Under the pieces are notes generated by a model. The model had not been told where the DNA came from. It searched no databases and worked only from the letters and a program-made list of their open reading frames with translations. DNA of 64,000 bases from NCBI GenBank assembly GCA_951406725.2, contig OX597817.1, positions 112,344,001-112,408,000 on the forward strand. Direction: 5' to 3'. Both the position numbers and the translations under genes were made by a program. Source of the stretch: Octopus vulgaris. Taxonomy: Eukaryota. Numbering within the stretch: the first letter of the stretch is position 1; each line of letters opens with the position of its first letter. Shown here one piece after another: positions 38,001 through 52,361 of this stretch.

Positions 38001-41000
38001 ATATATACAGTTTTGCTAAAAATAAGGCAGCATCTGATGTTTCTGGAACCATGTCCATAAATTTCATGACTGATGATAACGACGATATTCCCATAGCCAA
38101 CGCATCAGAACCTATTGAAATTATTATTCCCAGAGAAAAGACATTTAAAGCAAAAGCACCAGATTTCGTCAACCCAGTTTTGGTGAAAAATGAAACATTG
38201 TTTTACCATACTTTTTGGGCAAACAACACAAACTCATCACTTCATATTGAAATAAGACCTGATAATGCAACTGTGCAACTCTTGGTATTTGTGTATTTTA
38301 ATAATACACCCAACAGCACTGTGCAAAGTTGGGAGCATTTCCAGATGATTCCTTCCAGTATGGAGCAGGCTGGTAAGATAAATAATTTAAATAATCTTTA
38401 TTTGGCTAGTAACAATGTCAATATATTGCAGTCATGTGTGTTTATGTATTTATAATTATAAAAAGTATTTTAGAAAACAAAGTAAATAATGAGATAGCTA
38501 TTTTGTGTTGTTGTTTAGATGCAGGTCAGATCTGATCTAACTAATGTATGACCAAAGATACATCAGCAATGACCATCCCATCTTCCATCTTTCTGTATAT
38601 TAAGGACTGCATTATCTAATGTGTACTTCTTTTTTAAAAAGTGTTAGCTTGTTATCTGAGGGTGATTTGGTTCCTATCCCAGGAGACAAGCAACCATATA
38701 TGTAAAGATTGCACTATTGGTCCAGTAATGGATTAATTACTATAAATGGTCTGTGTCATCATGAATCAGAATCCAAGTCAGCTTTGGTTAACCACACATC
38801 AAGTATGATAATTTCATCCCCATCCTGTTTTTGTCTTTTTATCAAGTATAGAAAGTTTATGACTATATTATTTAATGTGTCCTTTTTTATGTCAATAAGA
38901 TATGATTTGATGGAAATTTAGCTTCTATTTCTACCTTGTTGAGTGACCATATGAAGGCTCCTACATCAGCTAGTACAGTGGTGAACAAATATAGGTCCTC
39001 TTCTAAATGTAGGGCTTCCTTCAAATATAATGCCTTTGAAGAAACCAGTAAAATTTCAAAATCATGTCTTCATTCCGTATATTATTCAAAATTTGTTTAC
39101 AACATTTTAGCTTAGAATGTTTAATAAAATTATAGAACTTGATCCACATACATCACCATCTCAAAATATAGTAGTCTTAGTTTATTTACTTTTAACTTCC
39201 CAGTTTAGTCTTAACTTGCATATTTTGCTAAGACTAAAATTGGAAGTAGTAACTAAACATGTTAGCTAAGACTAAAAGAATCACGATATTTTGAAATAGT
39301 GATGTAAGTGAATCACATTTTACAATTTTGCTAATGGATTTTGAAAATTTAAGTGAAGAGGCATGGAATGGTCTTTGAATTATTTCCAAGTGAAGAGATA
39401 ATACCTTGCATATGTCATTACTATTTTCTAAAGAACTGACTTTTTGCTCTAGTTTCATGGATTTAAGTGAAAGAGTGATAAATCTGTCTGTAGACTGGAT
39501 GCTAGTTTGTTGGGCAATAAATAATGCTTGTGAAGTGTTAGTGCTTTCTCAATATCCTTTTCAATGTCACTCAGTAGAAATTTTAAACTCAACTCTGTCT
39601 GAACATTAACATCTAGATGCTACCAAATGTGATGTGTGAAATACCATTATGTTTGGTTTAGCATTGTCATCAGTTTTTTCATACCTAAAATACATATTGT
39701 ACTATACAGTATAATTTCACATAATCTAGTCTTTTTTTACCAGCCTCTTTTTTTTTTTTGTTGTTGACTATAATATTTTCAAATTTTGAGCATCATTTTC
39801 TTTGTGATTGTATCTAATTCCAGAAAATTACACAGACGGAAGCTGGCCAAATCCATACATGTTATTTGTCAGTGATAAGATCGTTGGCAATTATACTGGT
39901 CGAATCACTTTGGGAGTTAGACAATTAGAAGCTGATGAAATGGACTTATACGACTCAAATGCAACCATACCTGATTTTAAGCCCCACACAGGTCAATTTA
40001 CAACCAATTACACCTTACGGACATTCACATCTGGATGTCTGTATTTCAGTGAAACTAAAACAGATTGGGTTACTGATGGATGTTATGTAAGTTGCAGTAG
40101 TTTATAATCAAAATAGCACAACTGCATGTTAAAATCTATTTCTAATTAATCAAAAGTAAAAGAGATTTCTTTCAAAATGTAATCTATTGTAATTTGTTAG
40201 ATATCAGATCTACACAAGCCTGAAAGTGGTGAAGGCCATGTCACTTGAAGGAAAGATGCAGTGAATGCAGGAGAAAATGCAAAAACTTTTTAAATAAAAT
40301 TAATGAAAGTTTTAATCTTTTTTTTAATCAAGAATATAAAAAATAAAAGGAAGAAAACTAGAGAATTATCATTTCATTTTAAGTTCAGATTCCACAATTA
40401 TCTTCTCTTTTTCTTTCTTTACATTAATTATATTTGTTTGAATTGATTGGCTTATATGATTCTTCCAATTTTGTCTACTGTTTTGTTATGTACATCTGCT
40501 ACTATGCTTCAATGCAACAGTATTAGATTAAAACAATATATGATTCATATAATTTCTGTGATGAACCTGTTTTATTTGTTTTATTTTAGGTTGGTCATAA
40601 GACTAATCTGACACAGACACAATGTTTCTGTAATCACATGACTGCATTCTCAGCTGGATTGGTCGTTGCACCAAATGCAATTGACTGGGATCGTGTCCTG
40701 AACAATGCTAGCTTTGCAGAGAACCCAACACTATATATTACACAGATCATCATTCTTCTTGTCTACCTAGGCTTTGCCGGGTGGTCCTTCTGGCAAGACA
40801 AAAAGGATACAGAAAAGGTTATTTTAAAAATGCAATTTTTATTTGGAGATAGAACCTTTATATTTAACTAGTTCTCATATAAGCAGAATAAATGGAAGAA
40901 ATATAATATAAATAAATATATATATATACTCCTAGTATAAAGATAAAATTTTTCAAAAAAATTTTACCAGTGGCCAGCATATTAAAATACCTTTCATGGG

Positions 41001-41178
41001 GAAAATATAAACAATTATTAATAAGGACAAAAGAAAAAATTTTCTATGCCATTATGCTAAAAAATAGACCTTAGATCGTCTAATCACATATATTATGTGG
41101 TTAGACAATCTAAGGTCTATTTTTAGCATATTGGCATAGAAAATGTTTTCGTTTGCCCTTATATATAATATATATATA

Positions 41179-41213
<35 letters not shown>

Positions 41214-41341
41214 GCAGATGTTATTAATGATATGTAAAATAGAAATATTATTTCTAAATCTCTCTAAAGGAGACTACAGCAGCAGTACTGGGTATTAATA
41301 GTTATCATTAATAGATATCCTTATTATCATATCTGTGCATA

Positions 41342-41403
<62 letters not shown>

Positions 41404-43126
41404 GTGTGTGTGTGGTGTGCGGTGTGTGTGGGGGTGTAAGTATATATATGTGCGATTAGAGGTTGTGTTAACCTCATGAAGGGATGGTTTCATCCAAGGA
41501 AACACTGGTTCAATACCTAGCATATTTGGGGAATTAATTTCCTTAAAATAATAGGTGTATATATAAAAACTTAGTTTTTATATAGTTTATATTCATATAA
41601 AAGAAGAAAAAGAAAATGGAGACTGGGAAGTTAATACTTGTTTATTTTTAACAACAGATTGTTATTAGTAATAAACAATTATCAACTTAACCAGTCTTCA
41701 TTTTCTTTTTCTTCTTATATATATAAAATAAATAGAAGTATAAACAAGCTAGGCAGGTCGATATACAAAGAATATTTAATTTAAGTACAAAAAAATGTAC
41801 ATGTAGACAAAGTTTGTTTGGCAAAACAGATTGATAGAATAAGTACCAGGCTTAAAAAAAAATCCCGGGTTTGATTCATTCAACTAAAGATTCTGTGAGG
41901 CAGTGCCCCACCATGGTCACAGTCTAATGGCTGAAACCAATAGAAGGGAAAAGAGTAGTACTTTCAATAATCCAAGGGCAAAAATAGCAGATTGATATTA
42001 CATAATACTTTGTATGAAAGAAGAGAAAAACTAAATTTCATTAAATTATTGTATTTTCCAGCATACACATCAAAATAGTATATATGGTAAACAGGAAGTG
42101 TAAACATTCAAACATTGTCACTATCTTTCCAAATCATGCAGTATTTCACATAAAATTTTTGGTCCTCCAAAATTTTCACATAAAATTTTTGGTTCTTGGT
42201 ATAAAAATCCATCTCCCTTTATTGGCTGTGAACTTTGGTCTGAAGAATTTGACTTGTATGATGGGAAATACAATATGCAAACTAGTTTTCATAATCTACC
42301 AAACAAAATATTTTTGAGTTATTTAATAATCATACTTTTCATTTTGATCTCTTTAGCTTGGATTAACACCATTGAAAGACAACAACCCAAATGATAAATA
42401 TTACTATGAAATCATAGTTGCCACTGGAATGGGCAAAGATTCTGGAACAACATCAAAAGTAAGTTATTACAGATTTAATATGATGATCATTATGCCACAT
42501 AAAATGCACCCTTTGAAAACTGGGCCCCACAGAGGCAGTGACAAGTGACTGAGACATTCGGTGATATACTGTGTTTGAGAAGACCTGTCAAACCAAATGT
42601 GATCGTTGTTGTAACTGATGCCAGTGTTACATAACTAGCACGTAAAAAGCACCCACTACCTCTTGGAGTGGTTGGCATTAGGAAGGGCATCAAGCTGTAG
42701 AAATCATGGCAAATCAAACCGGAACCTAGAGTTGCTCCCAAGTTTACCAGTTTTCAGTTAAACTGTTCAACCCATGCCAGCATGGAAAATGGACGCTAAA
42801 TGGTGATGATGATGAATGTGATGATGATGATGGTGGTGATGATGATGATGATGATAATTGTGACAACGATTGGGAAGGTGGCAAGTTGGCAGAATCATTA
42901 GCATGCTGGACAAAATGCTTAGCAGCATTTCTAAGAAATCTCAATACCCAGTATATTTTATACTGGTGCAAAAAGCATAGTTGTTGGGTGAAAATTTTGC
43001 TTCCCAGCCATGTGGTTCCAGGTTCAGTTCCACTGTGTGACAAGTGTCTTCTACTATAGTCCCAAGTTGAATAAAGCGTTGAATGGATTTGTTAGATGGA
43101 AAGTGAAAGAAGCCTGCTGTGTGTGT

Positions 43127-43201
<75 letters not shown>

Positions 43202-43216
43202 CATATACACACACAC

Positions 43217-43263
<47 letters not shown>

Positions 43264-45275
43264 GAAGTGTGAGTGTGTGTGCTGTGTTATTGTCTCCTTG
43301 TCTTGATTTCATGTAATGGTTGGAAATGAGCATCAGCATCATGAAAGGGATGCCCTTCATTTGCAATATTCTGCATAAAGATGTGTGATCAGAAAGAAAT
43401 ACTACCTTGATTGGAAACAGGTTAGGTTTGGCAACACTATTTGTGTATTTGTAGTATATATTTGATGTGAAGAAGCTACTTTGTTTTTATATCAGTCTTA
43501 TGGGATACTTTAAATATTTTTATTTCAGGTGTATTTTATCCTATCTGGAGAATATGATGAAACAGAAGCAAGGTCATTAACAGACGATAAGAGACAGATT
43601 CTCCAACGTGGATCAGTTGATGGTTTTCTGATGGCAGTACGAAGGTTAGTTTCTAGAAATCATTAAAAAACTATGTGCATATAATCTTCATGAAATTCAC
43701 TGAAGCACATCCCCATTTATAGACATTACAGTAATCAATGTTCTATTCTAAAGCATCAGTTAGAAATGATTGAGCATTCTTAAAATAGTCTATTATAAAA
43801 GAGTGACAACTTAGTAAATTCTGCTGAATGTTTGATGAATCAGGATGGGTGCATGCTACTCAGTTGTGAGCAGATATGAGCAGCTTTCCAGTAGCAATTT
43901 ATGTGGCTGTTTGAGGACGGTGCTGAATCATATCTGCTGAATAGAAAGCAATCAGTGTTTTCTTTCCATTAAAAAATAATTAAGCATGCCTTCATTTCAA
44001 TAAAATTTTTGGTTTTGTTAAACAAAGTTAAGGCAAAAAAAAAACTTCTTGAGAAACCAAATAGTCTTTCCTTCCTTCATGCCAAGTTTGAAGAAAATAT
44101 CTCTTTTGCATCTTACTTTTTTGGTCTCTTAAATATACTGCATTTTGTGGCATTATTTCAAGCCAGCCAGTTTTTTTTGCACAAACTGCATGTGCATTTT
44201 TCTCGCATATGCATAGTATCGATCACAACAGCTGATGTGCTTATGTGTACAAATGCATGTTCCCACGGCTTTATTGATCGCATTCTCACCTGGAATTGAT
44301 TTTTGTAATTTCTTCAAGACTTATACTTGCCCTGATACCGTTGGTATCTACATATCAAATTTGAGTGCAATCGGATGGAGGATGCCTGAGATCCTAGAAG
44401 ACACACACACAGACAGACAGAATGGATTTTATATAATAATATATATATATATATATCAATAGATAAATGATAAACAACGGAATTCTTTATTTAAAATCAC
44501 TACCATTATTTCAATGCATTTTTACACCTGTAGCACATTAGTGAGTTATTGTGTAATCATTATCATCCATCCAAGGTGTAGTTGTTGTAGTAACTTTGTG
44601 TATATTATATATCCTAGACCACTTGGAGCACTGAGCTATGCACGTATATGGCATGACAATTCTGGAAAAGGAAAATTTGGCTCATGGTATCTTAAACATT
44701 TCTTGGTACGAGATCTTCAAACTGGAATGAAGTATCATTTTATAGCAAACAAATGGCTTGCTGTGGAAGAGGATGATGGACAGGTAAGTTTCGATGCATT
44801 ATTTGATCCTTTTATTTATTAGTCTCCACTCCTATTATCCACAAACATACATGTTTCTACATAGTCACATATATATGTATGGAGCTATTTATGCACAGAC
44901 ATAAATATACATGTGTTTATATATGTCTATCCACATCAGGGATATTACAGGACCCTGGGCAAATCAATGTATTGAGCACTATGATATTTATTTATTGACT
45001 GCATGCAGAGCATACTAAGATCAGGATTGGGCCCCCAAACCTGTGAGGCTACAGGACAACTGCAGTGTGCCTATGCTTTAAGGTTACACTGGTACACATG
45101 TGCTTCTATTAATACATCCTGATATGTGTATTTTGTGTCATCTCATCAGAAAATGGTCATAATGATCACTAAAAGTATAGTGTACATGATTAGAAATTTC
45201 ACAAAAAAAAAGAATAAAAAAAAATGTATGTGAAAATTACACACACACACTCAATTGTATGTATATATGCATTTA

Positions 45276-45314
<39 letters not shown>

Positions 45315-45927
45315 CACCTTGATCACCTTGACTGACCAGTCCATTAGGCATCCATTTGACACCGCTGGTCACAGCTCATTGTCCACTCCTCTCTGGATCG
45401 CACCTTTCTCATTCACATGATCCCAATCGTCCTCCTGAAATCGTAGCTCCACTGTCGTGGAGGTCTTCTGGGTGGTCTTTTCCGCTCGCGCAGGTACCAC
45501 TCGACAACTGCTTGGGTCCAGCGATTATCGGTGAGCCGGGCGACGTGTCCAGCCCATCTATACTTGCTGCGTGTATACTCTGCGATGACATCTCTCACGC
45601 CGGACTTCTTTCTGATGATCTCGCTACAGGAGTATATATATATATATATATACTACAAAATTAGAGAATGGAGAAACATACTTAAATCAATAAAACATCA
45701 ACCATCCGATGATACCCAATCAATACTTTAATACACCATTACATATGAGTAAAGGCATTATACAAAAAGAGATATACAGTAATAGTAAAAAGATAAAGAG
45801 ATATAAGTAAAAAATTTCAAATATAATATGCAATTAAATCAAAACTGACAGCTGTTTTGGCAGTGAGGGAGTCAAACCTCATTTAACCTATAAGCCATAA
45901 AGGCAGGTATAAATGAGGCATTAACAA

Positions 45928-45997
<70 letters not shown>

Positions 45998-47889
45998 GCA
46001 CTCTTTCAGTTACAATGACGAGGGTTCCAGTTGATCCAATCAACAGAACAGTTGATCTAATCAACAGATCCAATCAACAGAACAGACTGCTCATGAAATT
46101 AACGTGCAATTGGCTGAGCACTCCACAGACACATGTACTCTTAATGTAGTTCTCAGGGACATTCAGCATGACACAGAGTGTGACAAGGCTGGCCCTTTGA
46201 AATACAGGTACACCAGAAACAGGAAGAAAGAGTGAGAGAAAGTTGTGGTAAAAGAGTACAGCAGGGTTCATCCCCCCACCTCTGCCAGAGCCTCATGGAG
46301 CTTTAGGTGTTTTCACTCAATAGACACTCACAATGCCTGGTCTGGGAATCGAAACCGCGATCCTACGACTGGAAGTCCACTGCTCAAATCACTGGGCCAT
46401 TGCACCTCTACTATGTATATATGTGTGTGTGTGTACCCCCCATTCATTGGACAATGAACTTTGCTTGCAAAGACCTATTGAGGCAAGTAAAAAATAACAT
46501 TCGACCGTGGTCATTGCCCATGCTGCCAGAAAGCATGGAAAGCAGACATTAAACAATGATGATGATGATATATAAATATATATATACAATAATAAATCTC
46601 GATATATAAATATATATATGTAGAAAGATATATTTTTCAATGCATAAAATACTGATATAACAGTATATATAGAATAAGATCCCTTACAGACCAGAAAAAT
46701 CTGTCAGCAACTAGCCATAAGAATCGAACTCACATCGCTTTGATTTCCGGTCAAGTGCTCTACCATTAAGCTAAACTGACAAATTCAATTCTTCTGCAAT
46801 TTAGAACTTATAAAGCCATCCTGAAATATTAGTCGTAATATAAATTATGTTATATGTTGTATTGTAGTACAAGTAGAAAGATATATTTTTTCCAACGTGT
46901 AAAATACTGATATAACAGTATATATGGGATAATATCCCTTTCAGAGCAGAAAACTCTGTCAGCAACTATACATGAGAATTGAACTCACATCCCTTTGATT
47001 TCTGGTCAAATGCTCTACCATTGAGCTAAACTGCTGTACTGACAAATTCTTCTGCAATTTAGAACTTATAAAGCCTTCCAGAAATGCTACAATACATTTC
47101 AGTGCTTCAAAAACTAAGCCTAAGTTGTTTACATATGATGTAATTTATCACCGTGCAATGACTAAGGAAAATAGTCTAATAAAGGGACATATAAGCCCTC
47201 AACAGGAAAAAGAAGGCTTTCCTATTCACTTAGGAGTTGAACCCACATCCCTTTCTTAAAGCAACTAAGTGTGTTACCTTTACACCAACAAATCAGCCTC
47301 CCTTTTCCTGTCAAATTTAAGAACTATAATAGCTTGCGTTTACTTTTCTATATGTAATCAAACTTTGTATTTGCTTTTGGTGCGAATGGTTTTTTTATAC
47401 GATGCCGTTTTTACAATCCTGTAAATAATGATAATGGTATTTTTTTTATATAAGCTTAAAGCTTATGGCGATCACTGTGCAATGACTAATATATATATAT
47501 ATATATTTGTGTGTGTTGTCCCCCCACCATCACTTGACAACCAGCGTTGGTGTGTTTACATCCCCATAACTTAGCAGTTTGGCAAAAGGGATTGATAGAA
47601 TAAGTAATAGGCTTCGACTAAAGACTGTGCACCAGCATGGCCGCAGTCAAATGACTGAAAGAAATAAAAGGAAAAAAAAAGAAAATATACCCAACTTCAC
47701 GGCAGGAGGTGCAGATGAAAGCAGCTGCATCAAACTCTCTCATGCACCAAATGTCAATTCCTAAAAAGCATTCATGAAGTAAAATTATGTAGCAACACCA
47801 AATGGCAGTGCCCCAGCATGGCCACAACTCGTGAACCGAAACTAGATAAAATAAATAATAAAATAAGTAAAAAAATAAAAAAATATAAA

Positions 47890-47931
<42 letters not shown>

Positions 47932-48027
47932 CACACACACACACACACATATATATATATGTTGAGGGCTTATATGTCCCTTTATTACACTATTTTCCTT
48001 AGTCATTGCATGGTGATAAATTACATC

Positions 48028-48079
<52 letters not shown>

Positions 48080-48101
48080 TATATACATACACACACACAC
48101 T

Positions 48102-48137
<36 letters not shown>

Positions 48138-48736
48138 TATATAAATACGTATATGTATATACATATTATATTTATTTATTTATTTAAGAAATAATTATAA
48201 CAATATAGAATAGGGAGACTTGTTCATCCTCAAAATTGATTTCCTTTTATTATACAACTTCATACATCATATAGTTATTACTACCAACACATTTCCACTG
48301 TACAGAGTATGGACAGTTTCAGATGTAACCAGGCATTATTTTATGTGCATCGATTTGATCCAAAAAGTTCCTTATGATCTATAAGCAACCTGAGGGCGGA
48401 GTTACCCAGTCCTCGTTTTGGTCCCATGGACTGATCTAAGGGAGATAACCCATCCTCGCCAACCAGATTTTTTATTCTTTCTTTACTTGCTAACTAACTG
48501 ACCATAATGGATTTCTACCTCCAAAGTTTGAAGGCCTATATGACCTTCACCATTTGAGTCTGATGATTCATCAATAGGGTTTAGCCCCTTAGGGATGCAA
48601 AACCGTTGGTCACTCTGTGACCAGACATACTTAACTGCATTTATATATTACTGCTCTATGTTTTAGAGTGTGCTTCTTTTTCGGTTATATGATACACTGA
48701 CAATTGATATGTATATCTACACACACACATACGCAC

Positions 48737-48787
<51 letters not shown>

Positions 48788-49392
48788 TTCGTGCATATAC
48801 TTAAAAGCAGTACATATTTTAAAAAAATATTTCCTATGTTGGCAATTTCTATTTTGTAATTCTTTCTCTGTTTGGTGCCATAGGTCGACCGGATTATTCC
48901 TGTTGCTGGAAAAGAACAACTGTTGAATTTCTCACACATGTTTGCAAAGCGAGCCCAGAAGAATTTGGGAGATGGACATCTTTGGTTCTCTGTCATTGGA
49001 CGACCCCCTGGCAGTCCATTTACCCGTCTCCAACGTGTATCCTGCTGCCTTTGTCTACTATTCACATCAATGTTTGCCAATGCTTTATACTATGGCAAAG
49101 AGTCTGGTGGTGGAGGAGGTTTCTCCTTTGGTCCTTTCTCAATGTCTATAGAAACGGTAAAAAGAAATCAATTTTTTCAAGTTGTTTTTAAGAGATTTTT
49201 TTACATGATAACCATGTATCCAAATTTTGTTGTCAAACAATGATCAATCATGTTCTTTTTTCTAATAAATAATATTCTGTTATTCTCTGATTTCACCTCA
49301 AACTATATGAAACTCATCCTTAGTTTGAAATATTGTACAATAATAAAGTAAAGCTATATGCTAAAAGACTAATTTTATAAGCTATTTAACTA

Positions 49393-49440
<48 letters not shown>

Positions 49441-50354
49441 CATTATTATTATATGTTTGACTTTTGCTTTGTATTTGTATAAATTGACTCCAAGTCTCAC
49501 ACAGAGACCTCAAGAGACAAGTTAGAAGATCAAGTTGATGCTATGGTTAGGGTGCCAAATTTTTGGTCTTGCACAAAGCATCATTCTAGAAAATGTCTGT
49601 CAAAACATAAGAAAATTAGAAGTTTGCTTTAAAAGTAATTTGATTATAAGATGATAGTGTGATGTTAAAATGACAGTAAAAGATATTTGCTATTATGTAC
49701 ATCTAAGTGTACTTTTGACAGATTAAAATGCTTTGGGGATTACATAGGACAATGGTTTTTGTAGGATATGAGCAGTTTTCATAAGCACTATTTCTGGAAA
49801 TTTTTCCATTTTGGGATTTCCTGGTATTTGGGATAGGTAGCAATCAGCCCTTTTTGCTATCATTCCTAGGATACCTATGGTAACAGGTATTGTTTTAGTC
49901 TTGAGGCTCCACATTTTTGCATATTTCTATTTTAAGGTCTTTATATTTGTTCAGTGTATTTTTGGTAGGTCTTGACAGACACATTTATGTCAATTGGACA
50001 GTCATATCGATGAGGAGACATGATTTTTGTCTCAAATCCATTAATATATTGTCTGGCCTATTTGCATCTATTTTTCTGTCAGTTTCAACTAGAAAGTTCA
50101 ATATATTATTATTATTATTTACATTATTTACATTTGACAGATAGTTGTCCTCATCTTGTTTGTTGTTAACACAATGTTTCAGCTGATATACTCTCTAGCT
50201 TTCTTCAGGTGTCTTGGGGAAATTTCAAACCTGGGTTCACATTCCTAAGACATTTTTCGATGTTATTATTATTATTGTTGTTCAGGTCACTGCTTGGAAT
50301 CGAACTCGGAATCTTGGGGTTAGTTCGATGCCAAGCAGTGACCTGAACAACAAC

Positions 50355-50403
<49 letters not shown>

Positions 50404-50569
50404 TCGAAAAATACCTTAGGAATGAGAACCCAGGTTCGAAATTTCCCCAAGACTCCTGAAGAAGGCTGGAGGGTATATCAGCCAAAATGTGTTAACAATA
50501 AACAAGATGACAAATATCTGTAGAATGTAAATAATGTACATAATTCCTCATCTCTTTAATATAGAACTA

Positions 50570-50636
<67 letters not shown>

Positions 50637-50859
50637 ATAAGGTGGTGAGCTGGCAAAATTGTAAGCATACTGGATGAAATGCTTAGTGGTATTTCGCCTG
50701 TTGCTTAGCTCTGAGTTCAAATTCCACTGAGTTCAACTTTGCTTTTCATCATTTTGGGGTCTATAAATTAAGTACCAGTTGCGTACTGGGGTTGATCTAA
50801 TTGACTGGCTCCCTCCCCCAAAATTTCAGGCCTTGTGCCTAGAGTAGAAAAGGATAATA

Positions 50860-50893
<34 letters not shown>

Positions 50894-52323
50894 GATAAGG
50901 TGGTGAGCTAGCAAACTCGTAAGCACTTTGGATGAAATGCTTAGTGGTATTTTGCCTGTTGCTACGTTCTGAGTTCAAATTCCACCAAGATTGACTTTGT
51001 CTTTCATCCTTTTGGGGCTGATAAATTAAGTATCAGTGAAACACTGGAGTTGACATGATCAACTAGACCCCTCCCCACAAATTTGAGGCCTTGTTTCACC
51101 AGCAAAGAGGATTGTTATTGTTATTAATAATATTATTATTATTATCATTATTAATATTGAGTGAGACAGCAGTGTATGACATCAAAGTGACCCTGGGGTA
51201 CAAGTATACGAAGCCCAGTATACCCATCTTGACTACCCCTCTGATAAGGGTACACCAGGCACATTTATCACAACTATATGTGCATGACATGGTGATTTCA
51301 TATCAAGATAAACAGCATATGACCTTGCAGGTGGAGCCCAGTTAAAATTTTCTTCTGGCCAAGTAGTCCAACCTCCTTAAAAGGTCCCTGAATAAGGTTT
51401 GTTTAAGGATGATGAATGAAACACCCATGTTTCCAGAAGTGAATTATTCAAAACACAAAGAATTCCTCTCAACACATGGCTATGATGCTCCTCCACTACT
51501 TCTGCTTGTGATCAGAGATGCACATATTGTTAGCCACTAAGGGACATGTTCAACTGGTTACGGTCAAGCAACTGACAAGCAAATCTGTGGTATTGAGCAG
51601 AATATTTGCTGTAGCCCATCTTTTACATGAAGACAAAACATGTACATGATAAGACTTCCAATAAGTTAAGATCAAAAGCCATGAGAGCCACTGCCTGGTA
51701 CTGCATCAGGGCATTTATTATTATTATTATTATTATTATTGAGTGAGAGAGCAGTGCATGTCATCAAAGTGATACTGGGGTAAAATATACGAAGCCCAGT
51801 ATACCCATCATGACTACCCGTCTGATAAGGGTACGCCAGGCACGTGCATCACAACTATATGTGCGCAACATGGTGATCTCATATCAAGATAAACAGCACA
51901 TGACCTTGCAGGTGGGGCCCAGTTAGAATTTTCTTCTGGTCGAGTAACCCATCCTGCTCAAAAGGTCCCTGGATAAGGTTTGTTTAAGGATGTTGAACGA
52001 ACCACCCATGTTTCCAGAGGTGAATTATTCAAACCCCAAAGAATCCCTCACAACACATGGCTATGATGCTCCTCCACTACTTCTGCTCATGATCAGAGAT
52101 GCACATATCGTCAGCCACTAAGGGACATGCTCAACTGGTTAAGGTCAAACAACTGACAAGCAAATCTGTGGTATTGAGCAGAATATTTGCTGTAGCCCAT
52201 CTTTTATACCAAGACAAAACAATGTACATTCTAACACTTCCAATCAGTTAAGATCAGAAGCCATGAGAGCCACTGCCTGGTACTTCATTATTATTATCAT
52301 TATTATTATTATTATCATTATTA

Positions 52324-52361
<38 letters not shown>

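Noticed and set aside
39030-39610. Possible decayed transposase on the minus strand
   Set aside because: I could not identify a diagnostic motif or TIR.
46706-47033. Possible tRNA-Ser genes
   Set aside because: A/B boxes are present, but there is no acceptor stem or long variable arm, and they sit in a repeat unit.
48685-49080. 131-aa minus-strand ORF
   Set aside because: It is the antisense shadow of exon 18 plus (TG)n.
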